From contig NC_087251.1 in the NCBI RefSeq assembly GCF_037042905.1, positions 40,054,001 through 40,118,000 on the forward strand: DNA of 64,000 nucleotides, in the 5' to 3' direction. Shown here in pieces: positions 50,500-63,556 of this stretch. The notes under the pieces were generated by a model. The model made no database searches, was not told the origin of the DNA, and saw only the letters and a program-made list of their open reading frames with translations. The position numbers and the translations under genes were made by a program. Every line of letters begins with the position of its first letter. Positions within the stretch are counted from its first letter, which is position 1. The stretch comes from Lytechinus pictus (lineage: Eukaryota).

Positions 50500-51318
50500 G
50501 CTGAGCTTGCAAAGTCCGGTTACTTGCGTCAAATTACCTACTTTTCTCCGAGCCACCGCGCTCAGCGGAACGCAGATTAGTGCCTGCACCGACGCATCGC
50601 GGGATTTGCCCTGGAGTCTGGACTCGGGAGAGAGAGCTCGCTGGCCGGTGCGCCCGAGAGTTTAGCTAAATAACCAGTTTTCTGAAATAATGATGTCAGA
50701 AATATTGGTATAGCAAAAAATATATTGAGGTTTGACGTCACGCAACATCATAGTTGAAATATATTCGCTGACTCATTCATTATTGACCTGGGGGTGGTGG
50801 CTCAACTTGCCCCTAAAGGCCCTATGCTCAACTTACCCCGCCTTCCCCTATGCATACGGAGCGCTATTTTACTAAAGAACTTACGAAGATAAATTGTTTT
50901 ATCACTCACTATTTGACGTCATTTTGGCAAGAAAGTGTTTGAGTTTAATTGCATCAATTGATAAAGTATAGACCTTAACACACATAATCAACTCATATAG
51001 CCTATTTCGTCAACAAGATTCTGTTCAATGTCAATGATGGGTCACTGAAAAGGCTTTCCTTTTTTTTGTAATTATAATTTTATATGAAGGCTCTCCTTTT
51101 TTTCCTTGTTGAGGTAACGTCATCTTTACCTCTGCCATAATTACCATTGCCATTTTTGTCTCTGCCATTTTACCTCTGCCATTTTTTATCTCTGCCATTA
51201 TTACCTCTACTATTTTTGCACATCAAATTTGTGTACTAATTATTCGGGAGCGAGTTATTAGACAAGAACTCGCAAATCAAATACACGCATCCAGTTATCT
51301 TGTAAATAAGAAAATCAG
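50500..51318 (+). promoter_or_regulatory. Candidate RAD51 promoter and non-coding first exon
   Basis: CpG-rich patch 50520-50660, two TGACGTCA palindromes (50733, 50914), and CAG|GCAAGT donor-like site at 51318 upstream of the 52163 acceptor. Confidence 0.35.
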
Positions 51319-51383
51319 GCAAGTATTTTCATAATTGGTAATACCCACCTCCAAAGAGACACTGCGGCAAAAAAAAAGTTTAA

Positions 51384-51893
51384 TGGTCAAGTCCACCCCT
51401 GCAAAATGTTGATTTGAATAAATAGAGAAAAATCAAACTAGCATAACACTGAAAATTTCATCAAAATCAGATGTAAAATAAGAAAGTTATGGCATTTAAA
51501 GTTTCGCTTATTTTTGACAAAACAGTGATATGCACAACTCAGTGACATGCAAATGAGTCAGTTTATGATGTCCATCACTCACTATTTCTTTTGTTTTTTA
51601 TTGTTTGAATTATACAATATTTCATTTTTTACAGATTTACTTGACAATGAGGAGAAAATTATAATATTTCATATGATAAAATACAACAGAAATAGTGAGT
51701 GGATGACGTCATCAATCTCCTCATTTGCATACGGACCAGGATGTGCATATAACTGTTTTGTTAAATAAAGCAAAACTTTAAAATGTCATTAACTTTCTTA
51801 TTTTACATCCGATTTTGATGGAATTTTCAGTGTTTTGCTTGTTGGATTTTTCTCTTTTTATTCAATTTTTTTTGTTGGGGGTGGACTTGTCCT
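51384..51893. mobile_element. Kolobok-like MITE copy 3, internally deleted
   Basis: Same TIRs/body as 2024-2612 with a central deletion; TTAA flanks. Confidence 0.85.
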
Positions 51894-52181
51894 TTAAAGT
51901 AGACATGTGTACACGTATGGAGGTGCAGACCCTGAATTAAAAAGGTGAGACTGGATTTGCTAGAACAGCTTCCATTCTCTTTGTGGCCATTGACGGGATA
52001 TGATCTTTCTTCTTTGTATGTTGTCAGCATACATGATCACACACAGAGACACTACAAGGGGTAGGAAGACTGGAGACTTCAGCGTGTTCAGAATTTGCTA
52101 CCTGTAAAGATGTATCTTTTGTATTTTTTAAATTTTATTGAATGTTTTTAATGACTCCTTCAGGTTCATTCAAGAGTAACC

Positions 52182-52256
52182 ATGGCAATGCAAATGCACA
52201 ATGCTGAGCAGGAAGTTTCTGAGGAATTCGGACCACTAGGTATCAGCAGACTTGAA
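52182..52256 (+). CDS. RAD51: RAD51 first coding exon (acceptor at 52163 implies an upstream UTR exon)
   Basis: accATGG context; MAMQMHNAEQEVSEEFGPLGISRLE then gtaagc donor. Confidence 0.93.
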
Positions 52257-53340
52257 GTAAGCATCGACGGCTTTTAATATTATCATATCCCCCAAACTGT
52301 ACTATTTTTCATTTTTTCCTTTTGAAATAAAGTCCTTAACTATCTTCATTAGGAGTAGGGTATCATTGGAATCCCCTGTGTATAAGCATCATTTTTAAAG
52401 ATTAACTCTAGTACTGGTAACAACAGAAAATAAAATGTTCACATAATTGAAAAAAAAACTTAGAATTATAACATAAAAATATAATCAAATGATATCTGCC
52501 AAACCATTTTCAGGAAAAATGTAATAAGTACAGAGTAATGAGCAAATGAAGATCAGAACAATTACTTAAAAGTACAGATCTGTTTATAGTCTTAGCCCAC
52601 ATTTCATGTGAAAGCTACACCAGGAAAAGCAAGTGAAAAAAAATGAATGTAAATTTGAAGCAAGCCTGAATTCTAAAATAACTTTGTTGTAAATTTAATA
52701 GATTTTTTCATTATAACTTGAACTTAGCATGAAGTGCTTTGTAGGTGCATGTACATGCTGTTACCCCTGTCATAAAAAAATACATTCAATTATATAGTCT
52801 TTCAATTATTAGAATTATTGGAAAATTAAAGAACTTAAAAATTGTAAAAAAACTAGGACACACTTTGCAAGTAATTTCTGAATCCATGCTAGATTTTGTC
52901 CAGGATTATAAAATAAAAATCAATGATTTAGCTGCTTATTATGAAATCATAATTGCTCCGCATTAAATTCACCACACTAATCGAATGGCCAACTTCTATT
53001 CTGGGTTTAACACTATGCCCTAACATAAACCATGTTAACATAAAAATATAAACCCCCACAAAATCCTATTACAACCCTAACCCTACATCTTAGACGAAAT
53101 TAAGCCTGGAGCAATTGTCGCATCGGCAAATGTCATGTCACCCATAATTCAGGTGAGACAGGAATAACCAGAGCTTTATTACCCAAGTGATTATTTATTA
53201 TTTCAGATACAATGAATTCCATTTGATTCAACACTTAATCCTTAGAAGCAAATTTTCTACTTTCTTCAAAGCTTATTCCTACCTTTAAGCTTCCTTGAAT
53301 TTTTTAAAGATGCATGTATTGTGAATTTTGTCTCCTGCAG

Positions 53341-53478
53341 AGTAGCGGAATAAGTTCCAATGATGTGAAGAAGCTAGAGGAAGCAGGCATGCACACTGTG
53401 GAATCAGTGGCTTATTCAACCAAGAAAGAACTATGTGCTGTTAAAGGTATCAGTGAGGCCAAGGCAGATAAGATCCTG
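53341..53478 (+). CDS. RAD51: RAD51 coding exon 2 (N-terminal HhH domain)
   Basis: ctgcag|AGT...CTG|gtaag; [44 protein letters not shown], 138 nt. Confidence 0.98.
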
Positions 53479-53596
53479 GTAAGATGTTTGAGACATTGAA
53501 TACAATTTGCAGAATATGAGTCCAGAGAGGGTGGGGTAGGGTGACTAGGGTCTGGGGTTAGGGGAGAGAGTGAAAGAATCAGGGCAGTATAGTTTG

Positions 53597-56500
53597 CAGT
53601 CAGTCGGCAAGCCCTGAAGCTTCTTTTATCCAAGTGATATTCATGACTAGAGGGTTTTTGCATTGTTAATGAGCTTGGTGCGGACCAAAACACCTCTTTT
53701 TATTCGGCCATTGCTGCTCTAAATATTGACCAAATTTCATGTTTTTGGTATCTTTGTAAAGAAGAAGAATCATTCTTTCAGGTCATGTGTTTGGATTTTT
53801 AAAAGGATTTTGTAATATAGGGGAAACTTTTGATCTAAAACATGAAACAAAATAATTATTTTCATGTAACAAAAGTTGTTGTTTTCAAACTTGATTTCTG
53901 TTTGAGCACAAATGATTTTTAGATTATGATAAAGCTGAAGAACTAAGCTTTAATATGCTATAATTTTTATAAGAAGATGTATTTTAGATGGGTCAGCAGC
54001 CAGCTTTTTATAGGCCAAGTACATTTAGCAGCTCAAAAATAAGAATACTGCGCTCTGATTGGTCATAGAGACCACACACCCATGCAAATTCCAATGTTCC
54101 CACACTGGGCCTCTGCAAGGTCACATTCACCATGTGGTAATCTCTTCAAATTACCCGCGCCTGTTTGTCTTGAAAACAGTATTCAGCCAATCAGAACTCT
54201 GGATTTTATGCTACTCAGAAATTTCAGAAATCTCGTCTTGCATTTTGGTGGAAAAAGCTGGCTGCTGACCCATCTAAAAGATGCCACATATCAAGAGTGA
54301 CATTGTAAGAAAGCATAGAGTTTGAGCTTTCTGATGATATAAATGATGTTTGTGCCTAAAACACATGATGTTGCACAATTTGCAAGTGAAAACAGAGGAA
54401 GAAAATTCTGTTTGAGGCATCTTTTCAGGTCAAAAATTAACTTATTTATCAAAATATTTTATTCAAAAGAAATAACCAATATAAAAGCTTACAATTCTCT
54501 GACCATTCTTGTCTGACCATAAAGATCAAAATTAAAATCATATTAGTACCCAAATCATCTGAATCATTGATTCTGATTTTGAAGAATCCTAGACAAATAG
54601 ATAAAGTTACTGATGTACAAATTGATGATTTGTACATGGTACAAAAATAATCAATATTAGAGCGTGATCGGTTCATCATGGACGGACATTTGATAGATTT
54701 AGGAAATTTTGAAGGCTTAGGAATAAGATGAACAAGGTTCCTTTGCGTTTTATAGAGAAGGGTAGGACAAAGTATGCTGAATGATAAAAAAAGTTTGTTG
54801 CCATGGTTACCTACAAACATAGATATCCAGTAAATGTGCCATATCACGGACGGACATGATAGAAATGTGGTTTTCAGAATTTTTGTACATTTTTATTGTT
54901 TCTATCTAAACAGCTTAACATTGACCAATAATTGTTAATGCAACTAACACTCAGGTATGTTAGCTTCTATGTTCAGCATATTGAATTCTTAACCAATATC
55001 AAACTTCTGAGAGAATTGCAAATATTTTCCATCACGGACGGACATCTCGGACGGACATCACGGACGGACACAATTAAAATACATTGGAAGTACCTTGTAA
55101 GAAGTTCTTATTACTTTTTTTTGGGAATGAATGCTATTTTATTGATGATTTGTACATTTTTAAATATGATTTAACAGTATTAGTTGCACAATCAAGTTGC
55201 TACAACTTGATTTAAGTTGTAGCAACTTGATTTCTATGCTAGACGCACAGTATAATCTAGACATATGATTGCTTTCAACACAGCTCTTGTCAAAATCAAA
55301 TGTAAAGAATGTCCTAATGCATATTGTCTTCTTTTCAAATTATAGAATACTAGTAGGTACCAAATCAACATCTAGTTGATCAATGATCATATTGATACAA
55401 CTATTTTTATGATATATCATGATGATACATGTTAATACATTTTTAGGCATTAATTTTCCAAGAGCAAAGATGTTTTTAGGTTCATTAACTAAATACAAAA
55501 GATTCAAAGGTTGCTGATCCTTATGCTTGTTTGGTGGATCAACTCATCAAGTATGACCACAACACTTGTCAGAGGCTCTCTTCAAATTCATCTTTTGTCC
55601 ATATTAAAGTGGAGACACCCCATAACATCAACAGCCCTCATGTATTTAGGCTCTGACCGAATCCAAAATTGAAATTGATAATTCATATACCAATCAAAAG
55701 CTTATTATGCTTCTAAACACTGCAGTGCAAGCTTTAAAATAGTATGCATTTTAACAGTTTACCAGATAAGCAATTTGCTTAAAATTAGCTCCAAAATGGA
55801 CTTCGAAAAAAGGTATTCTTGTCCTTTTCACAAGCCTCATGACCGTGATGTCATGTTCTGTTAGAATTATTGTGAATCCATAGGTTTGTACATGGAAAAA
55901 TTGAAGATTTTTCTACTTATCAGATTATGCATTCTACTTTCTTCTTTTCCATCACTTTCTGCAAGCTTGAATAGATTAAATCTACAGCTTTGGACTTGTT
56001 CTTGCCATATTTTATTTCCTGCTTTTTTGACACACATGTACATGTACCTTTCCAACTCTATCTGCATTCCAATTATGTTTAACAATTTTTCCTGACAACA
56101 ATTTAGCCCCAATAACATCCAAACAAAGATACCACAAAAGAATTGTGAAAGAGTTGTAGGTTTCCATCCATTTGAGTTCTGAATAATTCTCAGTGACATT
56201 TTTCACTGCAAATTGAAACTAAAGTTAAATTCATAATCTGCTCAGCAAAGTTTCCCATTTGCATGGATCATTCCACAGTATTAGCAGTATTTGCGTATAT
56301 TGCTCACTTGTCCGTCCGTGATCATTTCTTATTGATTTATGATATGCGTAAAATGTATGGATTTTAGCTATGTTCAAATAAAATGATGTACAGTGTCTAG
56401 TGAAATACTTCTACACACTTTTATGTTTGTTTCTATTTGATAAAGAATAAAAAGCTGAATCCATACATATTATCCATATAAAAAACTGATCACGGACGGA

Positions 56501-57384
56501 CATTAATTTCATCACGGACACATCTACCAGAAAAATTTACTTCCTATATTTTTTTTCTACCAATTTATGTTTGATGATAGATTAATGTTAAGAGTGCAAG
56601 AAAATCCAAACCAAATTGGAGTAACTTTGAAAACAACAAAACTAGAGTGAATTGAATTTGAATAAATTTACTTTGTCCGTCCGTGATGAAATTAATGTCC
56701 GTCCGTGATGATTTTGGATTGAGTTTATGATATGGATAAAATGTATGGATTTCAGCTATGTTCAAATAAAATAATGTACAGTGTTTAGTGAGATACCTCT
56801 ACACCTTTTTATTTTTTATTTCTATTCTGATAAAGAATAAAAAAACTTTTCATCTTTTTTTTCATCACGGACGGAAATTTCAAAATGGAAATGTTAACAC
56901 CTACCAAAAAAAATTAGTTCCCAATATTTTTTTCCTACTAATTTATGTTTGATAATAGATTAATGTTCAGAGTGCAAGAACATCCAAACCAAATTAGAGT
57001 AACTTTAAAAACAACAAAACTAGAGTGGATTTAATTTGAGTAAAAATGTCCGTCCGTGATGAGAGGTAATAGCACCCCCATGAATAAAATGGACTATTCC
57101 AGTACTTTCGGAATCATCAATCTTCATGAAACTAAGTTCTTTGAAACCTGAGATATCAAAGATTAATTTAAAAGCAATTTTGATAGAAATACCTTTAAAA
57201 AAAATTTTCACCTCAATGCTAACCCTTAACCGATCATGCTCATTACTCAAGAAGAAAGTGGTTAAATTCTTTGAGAAAGAAAGTCTCACAATTCACGAGA
57301 TTTTGCAGGGACATGAATTCAGCCACGAGAGGACTTGGATAAATCTTGCTCATTGCTCATTAACACGGGCTTGCAGACTGACTG
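53597..57384. mobile_element. DNA transposon with CAGTCAGTC termini and 4-bp TSD (possibly Academ-like)
   Basis: CAGTCAGTCGGCAAGCCC...GGGCTTGCAGACTGACTG flanked by TTTG; right half homologous to 1-599; left-end fragment near 62265. Confidence 0.75.
54660..57241. mobile_element. Sola-like element nested in the 53597-57384 element
   Basis: TIR GAGCGTGATCGGTT / AACCGATCATGCTC, TSD ATTA, repeated TCACGGACGGAC in both orientations, internal tandem duplication of about 380 bp (56308-57060). Confidence 0.78.
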
Positions 57385-57520
57385 TTTGAGCATACCATAT
57401 TGCTAATTTTGTTGAGAGCCTATTATTTTTATTATAAAAAAAAACAAGTCCACACATGAGGCAGCCATCAATTTCAAGTTTAACCGCTCACAATGGCGGT
57501 CTTCTGCATTTATTAATTAA

Positions 57521-58408
57521 AGGTCAAGTTCAACCCAGAAAAATGTTGATTTGGATAAATAGAGAAAATAGAGAAAAAATCAAACAAGCACAAAACTGAA
57601 AATTTCATCAAAATCGGAAGTTATGACATTTTAAATATTTTGCTTATTTTTCGCATAACAGTTATACAACGAAGTGATATGCAAATGAGGCAGCCGATGA
57701 TGTCCCTCACTCACTATTTCTTTTGTTTTTAATTTTTTGAATTGTACAAAATTTTATTTTTACCAATGTGACAATAAGGACCAACTTGACTGAGCCATAA
57801 ATTTTAATACAATGGTAATACTACATGTTCAGGAAGGAACAAAACATTGTTTTACAGGACAATGAGGAAAAATGAGAATATTTCATGTTTCATTTAATAA
57901 AACACAAAAGAAATAGTGAATGGGTTACGTTATCAGTCACCTCATTTGCGTGACAACCAGGATGTGCATATAACTGTTTTGGGGTGTTGTAGTAGGGGTG
58001 TTGTGGCTCAGTGGATAAGTCTCTGGACTTTGAACTACAGGGTCCGGGTTTCAATTCCCACCGCAGCACTAGCGTCCTTTGGCAAGGCTTTAATCTACAT
58101 TTGCCACTCTCCACCCAGGTGTAGTAAATGGGTACCCGGTAGGAAGAAATTTCTTTAATGCTCGAGCGTCCAATCAGGATAGCCATGCTAAAGCCGAGAT
58201 AATAGTATGCAGCGCTTAGAGACAAAGCGCTATGTAAATGTTGCATATTATTATCATTATTTTGTGAAATTAAGCGTAACTTCAGAATATCATAACTTTC
58301 TTATTTACATTACATGTACATCTAATATTGATGAAATTTTCAGTGTTACGTTTGTTAGATTTTTCTCTTTTTATTCAAATCAATTTTTTGTTGAGGTGGA
58401 CTTGTGCT
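57521..58408. mobile_element. Kolobok-like MITE copy 4, interrupted by a SINE
   Basis: TTAA|AGGTCAAGTT...GTGGACTTGTGCT|TTAA; body resumes after 58260. Confidence 0.82.
57982..58259 (+). mobile_element. tRNA-derived SINE with L2-type tail
   Basis: A-box TGGCTCAGTGG, B-box-like GGTTTCAATTCC, core CCACCCAGGTGTAGTAAATGGGTACC, tail AAGCGCTATGTAAATG...(TTA)n; TTTTG duplicated at flanks; empty site visible in the other MITE copies. Confidence 0.85.
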
Positions 58409-58594
58409 TTAATGTTGTTTTTCATTATTAAAAAGTAAAGTATATATATGCTCACATCAAATTTTTGTTTATTATGTACTATGATTATATTGTATATATT
58501 ATGGATTATTTTGTATACAAACAATGAAAATACATTTGGTATTGTATTATTTTGAACGTAGTAATAAAAATAAAACAAACACATAGTTATAAAG

Positions 58595-58753
58595 AAGGCG
58601 TATAGCATTTTCATTTACTTGAATGTAGGATAAAAAGGCAATGTTCAATGCCTTGCTCACGGCCATTAGTGCCATGGCCAGGATAGAATTTCAAACTGGA
58701 ATGTGTCTACATGTAGCAGGTGACTTAGACCACTCGGCCACGGCACCTCCACA
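58595..58753 (-). mobile_element. Degenerate tRNA-derived SINE
   Basis: Minus strand GGTGCCGTGGCCGAGTGGTCTAAG (A-box) ... GTGAGCAAGGCATTGAAC. Confidence 0.6.
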
Positions 58754-59009
58754 CTAACTAATTTGCTTCAAAACATGCTTTCAATTATCAAACTCAACTT
58801 GATTTTCCACCAATAGGAATGGACATTCTAATTTTTATTGAGACTTCCATTTCATTTAGAAGTTGTATTTTAGCTAATCTTGTTTGTTAGTTTTTGTATA
58901 AGCTAAGATGTTACATTCAAATACTTATGAGTATAAATTAGTACTATGCAATCTGCACCATTGATCTTTCAGAACCCCACCCTATCCTAAAATGAATAAT
59001 AACATGATA

Positions 59010-59422
59010 CAGGGTGCTACATAACTTTTTAGAAGCACTTGCCCGGTCGGGCAAGTATATTTTTAAATAGTTGGAATATACTTGCCCAAAAATCTATTTC
59101 ACTTGCCCGAAAAAAATCATTGAAAAAAAAAATTACCTCTTCAAAACAAAGTTTTGCGGTTTTATAAACCATTGACCTTTTTCTCTCTTTTGACATGAAC
59201 CGATCTACTTTGTCATTCTTTGTTCAAAGTGATTTTTATTTTGCCTGCCATGACAAAAATTAGGGTCAATATATCATATCGACTCTAATTTTGGTCATTC
59301 TACTGTGAGAATTTTGCTTGCACAATTCGGGCAAGTAGTTTTGGTCTTTACTTCAAAACACTTGCCCGACTCTAACTTTCACTTGCCCTGGGCAATCGGG
59401 CAAGTGCTTATGTAGCACCTTG
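59010..59422. mobile_element. hAT-like MITE with 6-bp TSD
   Basis: ATGATA|CAGGGTGCTACATAA...TTATGTAGCACCTTG|ATGATA; multiple ACTTGCCCG subterminal motifs. Confidence 0.8.
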
Positions 59423-59466
59423 ATGATATTCTCTAAACTAAAACAAAACTCTATTCACTCAAACAG

Positions 59467-59584
59467 AATGAGGCTCAGAAGCTTGTTCCAATGGGTTTCA
59501 CCACTGCTACTCAGTTCCATCAACAGAGGTCAGAGATTATTCAGGTCACAACTGGCTCGAAGGAACTTGATAAACTTCTGCAAG
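59467..59584 (+). CDS. RAD51: RAD51 coding exon 3
   Basis: aacag|AAT...G|gtatg; [39 protein letters not shown] (FxxA polymerisation motif), 118 nt. Confidence 0.98.
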
Positions 59585-61941
59585 GTATGGAACACCATTT
59601 TTTTTACACTTGCAGGTAATTCTTGAGTTGAAACTGTTTGTTCAGGATTTATATGGTAGGTCCTGTTCACTGATAGGGTCCACTTTTTGTCAACCTAGGT
59701 GTCAAATTTTCAACCCATTTAAACATATTTTTTGTTTTTCAATAAATCTTCATGAAAAATTACTTCTGGACCTTAATCCATCTGCTAATGTATACCTCGT
59801 ACTATACCCAATCTCCTGAACTTAAAGCAATATTTTTCACAAAAGTGGTAAGAGAATTTTTTAATGAAGGAATGGACTTGCATGTATGCCAATTCTTCTT
59901 TGAGTACTTAAAGCACATCATTTTTGCTACACAAGAAAATGAAGATCCAAATGTGAATGTTTTTTTGTGGAGATTTGCCAATTTTGCAATGCTTTTATGC
60001 CGTATTTTCAGTTAAAAATTATGAATGTGAGTTGCAAAAGTTTTGTTTATACTTTAATACAAGACCAGACGAAAAGACTATAATATGTCATTGGTAATGT
60101 ACTCTTCCCACAGTGATGACTCACAGCGAATATTAGCTCAATTCTTTTACTGTTTGTAAAAGTACAGATTTGATACTTTTATAGGCAGGACGTGACAGAT
60201 TGATTTGAACGGAAATCTAAACTAGTAAACTAGTACTTAAACAAACAGAACAAGCTTATTTGGCTGATTTTATGGTTGGACTAGAGATTAATGTTATTAA
60301 TTTTGTTTTTGTTATTTTGTTGTGTTTGTTTGATGAGGGTATTGAGGGACTATAATTTACTGAAGTATGCAAAACAAAGTAAAATGTTGCGCAAGAATCT
60401 GTTTTATCTCATTATTTGTCCAATTTTTCAGTGTTTGTGTTGCTTTATAAGGGTTTGGCTTTGCATTTGGTTTGATTTTATTTTATTTACCAACAAAACA
60501 ATACATATAAAATTACAACGTAATATAATACATGATAAAATAACATTGGATGGATCGTCCTACTCAGCTGCGCCATTACAGCACAACTGTTCTGCCGAGG
60601 GGTCCAGCAATATTAAATAAACAAGATGATGAAATGATGATGAAAATGAAATGATGAAAATCCATATTTTATTGTTCGAAATAGACATGAAATGAAATAC
60701 TCCAAAAATTTGCTCTGCCCAATTGATCGTGGGCATGGCAGTCGCTGTGCAGCGCCAGATCAACAAGGCTCTATCCCTTTATGATGAAATTCATATCACA
60801 AAATAAATTCATTAACAAATTTGTATAACATAGAAGAAACACCAGTTATAGGGAGAAAGAACAGAAGACCAACATTAAAACAAAGAATGTTTGCGAATAA
60901 TCTGGAAAATATTAGAAAATATAAAGTGAAGCATATCAAAACGTGTATAAATTTCTATTCACATTTGCTGTCATGTCCTGCCACTTCAAGGTTAGTTAAC
61001 TGCACATTTCACATTTAGTAATAAACAAAAAGTTAAAAGCACATATTTTGTTCTTTTACCAATGCAGTTAACTGCAAACATATTACAAATCACTGTGAAT
61101 TTATTGAACTATATTTGCTATAAAGGAACTCCTGATTGTGTAGCCTAATGAACTGTGCTTATAAATAATATCAAATGGATCCATTGTTGAGCACTATCAC
61201 TAACAGGCTCCAAGCAAAAATGGCAGGACGTGACAAAATTGTGAACAACGATTAAGTCCTGCACAACTTCATCAATGTCAATGATTGGGCAATGATTTTT
61301 GGTACATAAACTCTCTATGTTCTACATGTATGTAATATTTTTGCATGGTTAATGATACCATTTAGTGTCAATGTCTTCTAAAAGCCCACAGACTTGATAA
61401 CACTCAAATGTGAATGGAAAATGTCACGTCCTGCCTAAAAATCATACTTTAGAGGTTTCTGTTTATGTGAATTATATATGATATTCAAGGACATAAATGC
61501 CATTCTTGAGGTTGACAACATACATGTAAGTGCTCGCTTTGGCCACACTTAAACTATTTTTACACCCACACCCAAAGGAAACGGAGAATGAATCCAGTTT
61601 AAGCTAGTGGAGGTAGGACCTATTGGATTTAACTAACAACAATGATAGTTATAAATTCTCTAACTCATTTATTTTTGGGCATGGGGCTTATAAATGGAAA
61701 AAAAGTTAAAAGTGAACCCTAACCGTGAACAGGACAGGTAGGAACTTGATCATTTAAGGTTATGTCTTTACATGTACATTATATTTGGCCTTGTCCTCAT
61801 TGCTTCAGATCTTGTTGATGCCTGATGGAAGAGCTTGATTGGTCTACTGACTACATATTTTGTAAAAATTAAAAAAAGTTCATTATGTTTTAAGATGTGA
61901 AATTGAAACTAATGATATGAATCCACTTTGGCCTTGTATAG

Positions 61942-62033
61942 GTGGTATAGAGACTGGTTCTATCACTGAAATCTTTGGAGAGTTCAGAACTGGAAAGACT
62001 CAACTCTGTCATACTATGGCTGTTACTTGTCAG
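61942..62033 (+). CDS. RAD51: RAD51 coding exon 4 (Walker A)
   Basis: tatag|GT...CAG|gtaaa; [31 protein letters not shown], 92 nt. Confidence 0.98.
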
Positions 62034-63116
62034 GTAAAACTTGCTTTTCATTTACTAGAAAGGAGTCAATTTCATAGAAATGAGATAATAGAGAAGAGCA
62101 TCAAAATCAGTTTGGAAATGAGAAATGTTTAAAAAAAAATTCTCTTTTCACTTTCTATGGTGATCCTCAAATTGGCAATGTTGCTTCAAAGTGACTGATG
62201 TAGCAGTACACCCTTCTCTATGTTTTGTACTCTAAATTTGTTAGTTACCCTAGTATCTCTCAAGAGTCAGTAGGCGGGTCCCCAAAAAGTTAATGAGTGT
62301 GATGCAGACCAAAACACCCCTTTTCATTCGGTCATTGTTGACCATCTGGTAGAGCTACATGAGGGTCACCTAACTTCCACACAGAATTTTGAAATTTTGA
62401 CTAGAAAATTATTTATGCGACTAGAAAATTATTTATGCTAATTTTTGCAACCTTTATTCATAAATCACAAAATATGCCTTTTCTCCTTTATTTGTTGATC
62501 AATTTCAATTTTATTTGCTATATATGATAGCTCTAGGTGGGGATAAACAATTTATTTGCAGAATTTTGAAACTCATTAAATATGCTAATTTGTACATATT
62601 TTTCAAAACTCACAAAAAATGCTACTTATTTATTTGTTGACTGATTTTTATTTATTTATTTTTGTTCCATCTGAGAGCCACAGAAGTTTAACCAAGGTTC
62701 TAAACAGAATTCAGAAATTTTTTACTAGAAAAATTATTTATGCTAATTTATACAAAATTTATTCATAAATCACAAAAAATGCTTCTTATCGGTCATTTCT
62801 TCAGCAATTTCAATTCTGGTTCCTCAATTTAGGTCACCAATATAATTCATTACAGTGTCAACTTGGCTGAAATTATAAAGTGTGTTTAATTTCGTTCCAA
62901 GGTGCAGGATGAGCTCCACATCATTGAAGTGCTAGTTATCTTTCCTTTTTTAAAAAGAGTTTGTGTATAAAAATCAACCAGTAATAGTATCTGCTTAACA
63001 ACACTGATGCAAGCTGATGCAACCTGACCAAGTATAGTTAGAACTCAAAGCCAATTCAAACATTTATTTTTAATCCATCTCTGATATTAATCCATCTTTG
63101 ATATTTTGCCATTCAG

Positions 63117-63211
63117 CTTCCTATCGATATGGGTGGAGGAGAAGGAAAATGTTTGTACATAGATACAGAGGGTACATTCCGACCGGAGAGACTAATTGCT
63201 GTAGCAGATAG
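63117..63211 (+). CDS. RAD51: RAD51 coding exon 5; gene continues beyond window
   Basis: ttcag|CTT...AG|gtgagt; [32 protein letters not shown], 95 nt. Confidence 0.98.
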
Positions 63212-63258
63212 GTGAGTGTCAGAAGGTCACTGAGCCATTAGCCCTAACCAGACCAGGC

Positions 63259-63556
63259 TTTTTTATTATACGCCCGTCTCGACGGGATGTATTATGGTAT
63301 CACACTCGGTGTCCGTCCGTCTGTCTGTCCGTCCGTCCGTTAACTTTTCCTTGTAGATGCGATAACTTCAGTTTAACTTAATCTAGGCTCGTATATTCAT
63401 GATACTCATGATACTAGCATGAATCCCAGGAAGCCTATTGAGTTTAAGGTCAAAGGTGAAGTCGCCTCCTTCCACTTTTCTTGCTTAACTAACAACTCCA
63501 TTTTCCGTGTTACAGGCGGGCATATTATGTGCTTGCCTTAGCGACACTCTTGTTTA
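63259..63556 (+). mobile_element. Compact HINE/DINE-like element
   Basis: TATACGCCCGTCTCGACGGG, (GTCY)n microsatellite, GGCGGGCATAT subterminal IR, 3' stem-loop, TT flanks. Confidence 0.75.

Noticed and set aside
52182..63211. DMC1 or a RAD51 paralog as alternative identity
   Set aside because: [22 protein letters not shown] and [20 protein letters not shown] are RAD51-type rather than DMC1-type
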